A stretch of DNA of 64,000 bases from Thermomicrobiales bacterium. Its GTDB lineage: Bacteria; Chloroflexota; Chloroflexia; Thermomicrobiales; UBA6265. A program made the position numbers and the translations under genes. A model generated the notes under the pieces. The model saw nothing but the letters and a program-made list of their open reading frames with translations, was not told the origin of the DNA and made no database searches. The DNA lies in the NCBI GenBank assembly GCA_041390825.1, contig JAWKPF010000004.1, forward strand, positions 129,088-193,087, read 5' to 3'. Shown in pieces: positions 8,767 to 15,625 of this stretch. Position 1 is the stretch's first letter, and each line of letters starts with the position of its first letter.

Positions 8767-8862
8767 TCCAAGAGCAGGCACAGAGGCCTGCGGCTACGCG
8801 GGGATGGGCGGGTGGTTGGCATGTACCTCCAAGAGCAGGCACAGAGGCCTGCGGCTACGCGG
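8767..8862. repeat. Two identical 35-nt direct repeats (TCCAAGAGCAGGCACAGAGGCCTGCGGCTACGCGG) 61 bp apart, each holding a GCAGGC/GCCTGC hairpin
   Basis: Copies at 8767-8801 and 8828-8862, read directly. The locus sits between convergent genes. Confidence 0.9.
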
Positions 8863-9346
8863 CCACCACGGTTCCCGATTCGTCCAGCACCCAGACGGTG
8901 ATCGATTCCGCAGGGTCGACGGTGCAGGCGATATCGAATTTCCCCGGGTTCGGGAACCGCTGGGTGTAGGTTTGCCCTGGGAGCACGACGAACGGTCCGG
9001 CCCGTAGCGGCACCGAATCCTCATTGGTGACCGAGATCGCGGCTTCGTCGCCCGGTTGGAAGGTGATCTCCGTTGGCAGGGTGATGGCGGACTTCATGGT
9101 GTCGTTGTTCACTGCCGCGCCCGCGCCCTTTGGGATGACGAACGAGAGCCCGACCGGCTCATCGCCGCCGTTCCAGCGGTCGCTGAAGAGCGCCGCCACC
9201 AGGAGCGCCAATCCGCCGCCACCTACGACAACCGTGGTCAGGAGCTGCCGCCGCGACATTTTCTTGTCCGGGTTGGCGACCGGGGTGTTCTCGGTCGCGT
9301 CGTCTGTCGTCGTTGCTGATTCGTCGATCTCGTTGTGCGTATCCAT
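8855..9346 (-). CDS. Membrane-anchored hypothetical protein with a small beta-rich (cupredoxin-like?) ectodomain
   Basis: GGGGAG RBS before ATG. One TM (LLTTVVVGGGGLALLVAALF). Last gene of the minus-strand Sco/PCuAC operon. The fold call is tentative. Confidence 0.5.
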   Translation of the reverse strand: MDTHNEIDESATTTDDATENTPVANPDKKMSRRQLLTTVVVGGGGLALLVAALFSDRWNGGDEPVGLSFVIPKGAGAAVNNDTMKSAITLPTEITFQPGDEAAISVTNEDSVPLRAGPFVVLPGQTYTQRFPNPGKFDIACTVDPAESITVWVLDESGTVVAA

Positions 9347-9420
9347 GTGTCACTACTCCCCGGCCCTGTGCCCGTCGTGTCGCCAGGTGCGGCGGCACGA
9401 CGGGCAACTCGCTGGTTCGA

Positions 9421-10011
9421 CTACATCGTGGGCGAAGCTGCTGGCGAGGCTGCCGGAGTGGCATCCATCGCCATGGCCGGAGCGGGCCGCGACCAGACGC
9501 CCGAGATGGTCAGGTCACCAGCTTCGGTCGAAACGATCGCATCGCCCTCGGGCGCCGCGCTCTGCACAGTCACCGGCACGACGACCTCGCCGGCGCGCTC
9601 GAAGGTGAGCGTCAGGTCGAAGGTGTCGCCCGCGTTCAGATCGTGCTTCAGGCCGATGAGCATGATGTGGAATCCGCCTGGTTCGAGAGCAACGGTTTCA
9701 CCGGCGGGAATCTCGAGCCCATCGGTGAGCGGACGCATTTCCATGACGCCGTTGTTGTCGGCAATTTCATGAATCTCGACCACAGCCGACACGTCGGCTG
9801 CCGCGGCGATCAGGCGGTCGGCTTCGGAGCCGCCATTCTCGACGTGGAAATAGGCTGCCCCCGTGCCGCCCATGGCGTGACCGGACATTCCGCCGGCCAT
9901 GGGGGATGCCTCGGGAGTCGCGTCGTCATGCGCGGCGGCGATGCCGCCGAAACCAATCAATCCAATTGCCAGAGCCGCCAGGGCCAGCATGCGCAGTGCA
10001 ATTCGGTTCAT
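9421..10011 (-). CDS. PCu(A)C-type periplasmic copper chaperone (DUF461 family)
   Basis: Signal peptide. Met/His-rich N-terminus (PMAGGMSGHAMGG). Family motifs MEMRPL and PGGFHIMLIGL. GGAG RBS. Confidence 0.8.
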   Translation of the reverse strand: MNRIALRMLALAALAIGLIGFGGIAAAHDDATPEASPMAGGMSGHAMGGTGAAYFHVENGGSEADRLIAAAADVSAVVEIHEIADNNGVMEMRPLTDGLEIPAGETVALEPGGFHIMLIGLKHDLNAGDTFDLTLTFERAGEVVVPVTVQSAAPEGDAIVSTEAGDLTISGVWSRPAPAMAMDATPAASPAASPTM

Positions 10012-10044
10012 TTCTTTGCTCCTTTTTTCGGTTTCTGTGACGAG

Positions 10045-10668
10045 TTATTCGGAAATCAGGTGTTGCACGTCTTCCGTGATCATCGCGGGGTCGGTGCCGT
10101 AGGGATAGGTCAGCCGGAGCTTGCCCTCCTTGTCGATGACGTAGATCAGGGCGGTGTGATCGATCAGATAGCCGGTCGAGGAGTTGGGATACTCGACCCG
10201 CTTGATCGTGACGCCGTAGTCCTTCAGGAACTGCTCGGTCTGCGCGTCGTCGCCACGCAATCCAATGAAGTCCGGATCGAAGAAGTTCAGGTACTCCTGC
10301 ATGCGGGCTTGCGTGTCGCGCTCGGGATCGAACGTGACCATGATGAATTCGACTTCATCGGCTTCGTCGCCCAGGTCTTCCTTCACGATGGCGAAGTCGT
10401 TCAGCGTGGTTGGGCAGAGATCGGGGCAGGTGGTGTAGCCGAAGTAGATCAGCGCGACCTTTCCCTCTTCTTGCGCCAGCGAGTACGGCTCGCCATGCTG
10501 GTCGGTTAGCGCCAGGTCCGGGGCAGTGGCCGCGGGACTGATCTCGCCACCGTTGAACTCGTACGCCTCGGTGCGGTTCGTGGCCCAATAGATGACGCCC
10601 CCGGCAATGAGCACCAATAGGGCAAGCACTCCGAGGAGTTGGTAGCGGCGGTTGGACGATGTCGTCAT
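10045..10668 (-). CDS. SCO1/SenC-family copper chaperone / thiol-disulfide oxidoreductase
   Basis: N-terminal TM. CxxxC motif YFGYTTCPDLCP and a downstream conserved His (DHTALIYVIDKEG). AGGAG RBS. Confidence 0.9.
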   Translation of the reverse strand: MTTSSNRRYQLLGVLALLVLIAGGVIYWATNRTEAYEFNGGEISPAATAPDLALTDQHGEPYSLAQEEGKVALIYFGYTTCPDLCPTTLNDFAIVKEDLGDEADEVEFIMVTFDPERDTQARMQEYLNFFDPDFIGLRGDDAQTEQFLKDYGVTIKRVEYPNSSTGYLIDHTALIYVIDKEGKLRLTYPYGTDPAMITEDVQHLISE

Positions 10669-10689
10669 GGTGGTTCTCCTCCGGGCGCC

Positions 10690-11961
10690 CTAGAACGGCG
10701 ACCAGGTTGCGTATTCGTTCAGGCGGCTCAGCGAATCGGTGAGCAAGAGCGCGGCGATGAGCAGGATCAGGACTCCGCTGACCTGTTGCATGCGGGGGAG
10801 CCATGCCCGGAACCGGGACGATTCCGCCATGAACTTGTCCACGAGCACAGTTGCCAGCAGGAATGGAACGGCCAGACCCAGCGAGTAGATCGCCAGCAGG
10901 CCGGTGCCCTCGCGCACGGTCGCGTCCGCGGCTGCGATGGTGAGAATGCTGGCCAGCGCCGGGCCGATGCAGGGGGTCCAGCCCGCTCCGAACGCCACCC
11001 CGATCAGGAAGGTTCCGGCGCGTCCGTATGAGCGGCCGCCCAGATCCATCTTGACGGTGCGGTCGGCGAACGGGAGGCGCAACAATCCGAGCAGGTGCAG
11101 CCCCAGGATTGCCAGAAAGACGCCCCCGACGCGCGCGATCCAGATGCGGTACTCCTGCAACCAACCCCCGAGCGCCGTGGCGGAGGCTCCAAAGAGCATA
11201 AAGACCGTGGTGAAGCCAAGCACGAAGAGGAGCCCGTTGATGGCCGTGGCGCGGCGCGCGCGGCGCTTGACCTCCCGATCGGTGGAGCGGAGCTCGGCGA
11301 AGCTCATGCCGCTGATCACCGCCGCGTAGGTGGGAATCAGCGGAAAGACGCAGGGCGAAAGAAAGCTGAGCAATCCTGCCGCGAACGCTACCGGAATGCC
11401 CACCCGCGCCACGGTCGAGGTCACCTGGCTGGCATCGGTGACCGTGCCTGCCAGAGCATCCTCGATCAGCGTCAGGTCGTCCGCGTTCTCTTCGACCAGC
11501 GCGCCTTTCCACCGATAGAGGATTTCACCGTCCCGCCCGATCAGCAGGGTTTCCGGCACGCCAGTTGTTTCGAAGGCGCGCGCGAAACGATTGGAGGAGT
11601 CGCGCCAGACGGGGAAGGTGACGCCGTGGTCCTCAGCGAATGCCTGGACCGCGTCGTCCTGTCCGTTGCGGTCGATGCTCACCCCGACGACCTGCAACCC
11701 CTGATCGGCGTACCGATCACTGAGGGCCTGCAACCAGGGCATCTCCTCTTTGCAGGGAGTGCACCAGGTGGCCCAGGTGTTCAGCAGCACAACATCACCC
11801 TGCAGGTCTTGCAGCGAGACGGTGTCGCCGGTGGCGAGGTCGGTGGCCTCGAATTCGGGTGCGGTGGTGGCCGAGACGTTGCCAGTCAGCAGGAGCAGGG
11901 TAAGCAGTCCCAGCCCGAGCAAGACCAACGCGCGCGGTCCGCGAAGCGTAAAGCGATGCAT
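10690..11961 (-). CDS. Fusion of a TlpA/ResA-like thioredoxin domain with a CcdA/DsbD-type transmembrane electron-transfer domain
   Basis: Thioredoxin motif WATWCTPC in the N-terminal half. CcdA motif SFLSPCVFPLIP and a second Cys in GWTPCIGP within about 6 TM segments. Confidence 0.85.
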   Translation of the reverse strand: MHRFTLRGPRALVLLGLGLLTLLLLTGNVSATTAPEFEATDLATGDTVSLQDLQGDVVLLNTWATWCTPCKEEMPWLQALSDRYADQGLQVVGVSIDRNGQDDAVQAFAEDHGVTFPVWRDSSNRFARAFETTGVPETLLIGRDGEILYRWKGALVEENADDLTLIEDALAGTVTDASQVTSTVARVGIPVAFAAGLLSFLSPCVFPLIPTYAAVISGMSFAELRSTDREVKRRARRATAINGLLFVLGFTTVFMLFGASATALGGWLQEYRIWIARVGGVFLAILGLHLLGLLRLPFADRTVKMDLGGRSYGRAGTFLIGVAFGAGWTPCIGPALASILTIAAADATVREGTGLLAIYSLGLAVPFLLATVLVDKFMAESSRFRAWLPRMQQVSGVLILLIAALLLTDSLSRLNEYATWSPF

Positions 11962-12097
11962 GTTCTTCGATCCTGTTGTTCGATCAGACGGTCACCGCGC
12001 GTAGATGCGGAGATGCCCGGCTACGCTCCGGCCCGATGGGCAGAACGGACGGTGACCGAGGAACCGGCACACAGTGTGCGGCTCCAGGCAGCGAGGA

Positions 12098-12589
12098 TCA
12101 GGCTGCTTTGGGGGGTGGCGAATCGGGAGGAATGGCGATACCAGTCAGCATCGCAGCCGGAGGGTTGACCTGCAGCAATGGATCTCCGTCCATTTGCAGC
12201 AGCGCTTCGATGTCCGGAGGCACTGGCGTGGCTGGCAAATCGAGCGCCGCGCCGACTGGTTGTTGCGATTGCGCATCGGCGCCGTCGGCCAGCATGAACT
12301 GGCAGAGCAGGTGCGATGCATCGGCCGAATCGGCATCGGAGGCGGAAGTTGGCGCACCATGATGGTGATGCCCAGTCATCGAGCCGGATTCGCTGGAGGC
12401 AGCGGCCGCATGCTGATGCCCGCTCATGCGCTCCATGTTCATGCCGGTGGGATCGACAAAGATCGAGTGCGGCGCGGTGGAGGCGTCACAGCGTACAGGA
12501 ATGAAGGCAAAGGAGACGATCAGCAGAATCGTCACCAGACGGATGCCCCATACGCGGTATTCGGTTGGCTTGCTGTTGCGCATTGCCAT
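12098..12589 (-). CDS. His-rich membrane-anchored hypothetical protein (candidate metal binder)
   Basis: ATG 12589 or 12583 preceded by GAAGG. One TM (IRLVTILLIVSFAFIPV), then MSGHQHAAAASSESGSMTGHHHHG ... CQFMLADG. Confidence 0.4.
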   Translation of the reverse strand: MAMRNSKPTEYRVWGIRLVTILLIVSFAFIPVRCDASTAPHSIFVDPTGMNMERMSGHQHAAAASSESGSMTGHHHHGAPTSASDADSADASHLLCQFMLADGADAQSQQPVGAALDLPATPVPPDIEALLQMDGDPLLQVNPPAAMLTGIAIPPDSPPPKAA

Positions 12590-12881
12590 TGCCTTCGGGT
12601 ACTCGGGTCGATCCCGATGTCCCTGCTGACAAGTATCCCAAACTCTGAGCGCGCAACCAATCGAAAATGGGGTCTCCGCGGCACATTGGCACGATTCTGT
12701 AACGTCTTCCGGCGCGCGCATGGTCGTGCGTATCATGCCCGGATGGCCGAGCAACATGCTCGCGAACGCTCTGGGAGCGATCAGGCAACTGTCAGGATCT
12801 CATCCACTGCTACCATTTGGGATGGGCAGACGGTGCAGCAGGCAGCGCGAACCAGCGCGTTGCCAGGCAGGAGACCCTTCG

Positions 12882-14012
12882 ATGGATCCAGACCGGTTCG
12901 ATTCGCTTGCCAAGCGGCTTGGGGGGCGGATTTCGCGGCGCGCGTTCGTTGGCGCAGCAGCCGCAACGATGTTGGCGGTTCCGGCCGTTCCCTATCGCAG
13001 CACGGTGCTTGCACAAAGCGAACGGACCACGGCGATCGACCGCTATATCGCCGTCCGCACCTTCGCCTATGACAGCACGCGCGAGAAGGCCGAAGCCGAA
13101 CTGCCCGATCTGGTTGCGCACATGGAGGAGCAGCCGGGATTCGTTGGTATCGAGTGTGTCTGGGGCGAGACCGAGATCTATCTGATCGTTACGTTCCTCG
13201 ATGAGGCAACCTCGGTTCCGGGAATGGAAACGATCGACTGGTGGATCGAAACCCACATTCAGTCGACGCTCTATGGCGACTTCGAACAGTCCGAGGGGAA
13301 GGTCGTACTCCGCTCGTTTCTCTTTGCGGGATGCCCGTGCGATCTGGAGGATGACGACGACCCGTGCGGTTCCGATCTGCTGGTGTGCTGCCCGGTTTCC
13401 GAGAGCGAGGGAGAGCCTGGTGTTTGCCTGACCGCGGAAACCACCTGCCCGGCCGGCGGCGGAGCGGATGACGATCCCAGCGATGAAGAACTGACGCTCT
13501 CGGCAGGCGATCTCACCCCCATTGCCGGCGCGGCGGTCTCCTGCACGAGTGAAGGATGCGACTGCCCAGACGGTATCTGTGACGCCGGGCTGGCTTGCTG
13601 CACATCCACCGGTACCTGCCAATACACCTGCCCATGCGGATATGAAGGCTGTTACTGCGTCGGCAGTGTCGTGAATACCTGCGACGACGGTCTGATCTGC
13701 TGCGCTCCAGGTGAGATCGGCGGCGAAGGGACGTGCCAGTATTCGTGCTCCTGCAGCTATGAGGGATGCTCGTGCACGACCGGGGTCGATGGCGCTTGCG
13801 ACGCTGGACTTTCGTGCTGCGGCATCTTCAGCTCCGACCCCGGCAATATCGGCGCCTGTCTCAGTAGCTGCTCCAATGGCTCGACCAACCCATGCCCCGG
13901 CGCAGACGGCTGCGAGTGCATTCCCGGCACTTCGTGGATCTGCAACGCCGGTCTCGTTTGCTGCGGCGCCGAGGCTGGCGAATCCGGCATCTGCGCAAGT
14001 TCGTGCGCCTGA
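12882..14012 (+). CDS. TAT-leader protein with an ABM/Dabb-like alpha+beta domain (tentative) and C-terminal hyper-cysteine repeat modules (paralog 1)
   Basis: ATG 12882 after GGAG. Leader MDPDRFDSLAKRLGGRISRRAFVGAAAATMLAV. Four modules of type GCxCx(5-7)C[DN]xGLxCC...GxC plus one N-terminal variant. Confidence 0.7.
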   Translation: MDPDRFDSLAKRLGGRISRRAFVGAAAATMLAVPAVPYRSTVLAQSERTTAIDRYIAVRTFAYDSTREKAEAELPDLVAHMEEQPGFVGIECVWGETEIYLIVTFLDEATSVPGMETIDWWIETHIQSTLYGDFEQSEGKVVLRSFLFAGCPCDLEDDDDPCGSDLLVCCPVSESEGEPGVCLTAETTCPAGGGADDDPSDEELTLSAGDLTPIAGAAVSCTSEGCDCPDGICDAGLACCTSTGTCQYTCPCGYEGCYCVGSVVNTCDDGLICCAPGEIGGEGTCQYSCSCSYEGCSCTTGVDGACDAGLSCCGIFSSDPGNIGACLSSCSNGSTNPCPGADGCECIPGTSWICNAGLVCCGAEAGESGICASSCA

Positions 14013-14233
14013 ACGCAATCGACGAGAACCGATCGTGCCGGTAGCAGGAACCATTTCGGTCTGGACTGCGTTGTAGGATTGGTGTTCACTGGTACGTACC
14101 AGTTATGCGCGATCCGTGGCAACATGCACGGGTATTGTGCGCGGCTGGTAGCATGGGTGATGGTCCAGGCAGGGTGCAGGGACCATATTGGCACCACTAT
14201 CAATTCCCCCGTGAGGGCAGAGGAGGAACGCGC

Positions 14234-15490
14234 GTGGATCCGAACCGATTCGACTCGTTCGCCAAGAAGCTGGGTAGCCGGCTTTCTCGCCGCGACATGA
14301 TGCGTGTCAGCGCCGCCACGGCCGTGGGCGCCATCGCTGTCAGCAAGTTCACCAGCGTGGCTGCTCAGGATGCGGGCACCACGGCCAAGGATCGCTTCAT
14401 CTCGGTGCGCACGTATGCGTACAGCGGCACCGAGGCGGATGCGGCTTCCGGACTGAGCGGCATCATCGCCGTTATGGAGCAGCAGCCAGGCTTTATCGAA
14501 TACAACCTCGTCTTCGGCGATGGGCAGATCCTGGCAATCTCGACGTTCCTCGATGAGACCACGGCGGTGGCCGCGGCGCAGCAGGAAGATGCCTGGATCA
14601 GCGCCAATGCCGCCAATATCCTGAGCGGCTCGCCGACGATTCAGAGTGGCGATGTCTTCCTCCGCTCCGAGCTGCACGCTGGTTGCGGTTGCATCACCGG
14701 AACGGAGGATCCCTGCCACTCCTCACGCCTCACCTGCTGTGCTACGACCGACCGCATGGGCGGCCCGGGTATCTGCCTTACCAACGAAACGACTTGCCCG
14801 GGCGCGATGCCGGCTGAACCGACCGCGACTGCGGCGCCAGATGAGCCGACCGCAGTTCCGGCATGCACGGGCGAAGGCTGCGCCTGCAACGGCGGCGTCC
14901 AGAACGCCTGCGACGATGGACTGGTCTGCTGCGGTGTGACCGAGCCCGGTGGCCCCGGCACCTGCGAGACGGAATCCGAATGCAATCCGACTTGCTCCAG
15001 CGAGGGCTGCACCTGTATCGGTGGCACCGAAGGCGCCTGCGATGATGGTCTTGTTTGCTGCGGCTCGAACCAGCCGGGCGGCTCCGGCCACTGCATGACC
15101 GAGGATGAGTGCAACCCGCCGTGCACCAGCGACGGATGCACTTGCACCGCCGGCACCCAGGGCGCCTGCGACGACGGTCTCGAATGCTGCGGCGCGGACA
15201 CGCCGGGCGGTCAGGGCACCTGCATGGCTTCGTGCCCCTGCACCGGCGACGGATGCGCGTGCACCACTGGCACCGATGGCAATTGCGATGACGGACTCGT
15301 CTGCTGCGCAGCCGACATGACCACTCCGGGTTCCCCGGGCACCTGCATGGCGGTCTGCGATTCCAGCGATTGCAACGGTCAGGAGAACTGCCCCTGCACT
15401 GCCGGCACCGAGGGCGCCTGCAACGATGGTCTCGAGTGCTGCGGCGCCGATACCCCGGGTGGACAGGGCACCTGCCAGAGCAGCTGCTAG
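14234..15490 (+). CDS. TAT-leader protein with an ABM/Dabb-like domain (tentative) and five hyper-cysteine repeat modules (paralog 2)
   Basis: GTG 14234 after GAGGAGG. Leader VDPNRFDSFAKKLGSRLSRRDMMRVSAATAVGAIAV. Five ACDDGL[VE]CC-type modules. I count 47 Cys in the C-terminal region. Confidence 0.7.
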   Translation: MDPNRFDSFAKKLGSRLSRRDMMRVSAATAVGAIAVSKFTSVAAQDAGTTAKDRFISVRTYAYSGTEADAASGLSGIIAVMEQQPGFIEYNLVFGDGQILAISTFLDETTAVAAAQQEDAWISANAANILSGSPTIQSGDVFLRSELHAGCGCITGTEDPCHSSRLTCCATTDRMGGPGICLTNETTCPGAMPAEPTATAAPDEPTAVPACTGEGCACNGGVQNACDDGLVCCGVTEPGGPGTCETESECNPTCSSEGCTCIGGTEGACDDGLVCCGSNQPGGSGHCMTEDECNPPCTSDGCTCTAGTQGACDDGLECCGADTPGGQGTCMASCPCTGDGCACTTGTDGNCDDGLVCCAADMTTPGSPGTCMAVCDSSDCNGQENCPCTAGTEGACNDGLECCGADTPGGQGTCQSSC

Positions 15491-15511
15491 TCGCTCAGTC
15501 CTGATGCGCAA

Positions 15512-15546
15512 CCGAGGCGGCCGATCGGCCGCCTCGGTTTCTTGTT
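15512..15546 (+). terminator. Intrinsic terminator after the Cys-repeat gene pair
   Basis: Near-perfect palindrome CCGAGGCGGCCGATCGGCCGCCTCGG followed by TTTCTTGTT. Confidence 0.7.
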
Positions 15547-15553
15547 GGTTAGA

Positions 15554-15616
15554 GTCCAGAGTCCAGAGTCCAGGGTTCAGGGGCCAGAGGGGAGGGTCCA
15601 GAGGGGAGGGTTTTGT
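15554..15616. repeat. Heptad-periodic spacer, 9 units (GTCCAGA GTCCAGA GTCCAGG GTTCAGG GGCCAGA GGGGAGG GTCCAGA GGGGAGG GTTTTGT)
   Basis: Read directly. Sits between convergent genes. Confidence 0.9.
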
Positions 15617-15625
15617 GGTTCTCCG

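Noticed and set aside
8767-8862. Possible CRISPR array, from identical 35-nt repeats with a ~26-nt spacer (also 23361-23442)
   Set aside because: Only two copies at each locus. There are no cas genes in the window, and the repeat resembles the other REP-like hairpins. Called as REP-like repeats instead.
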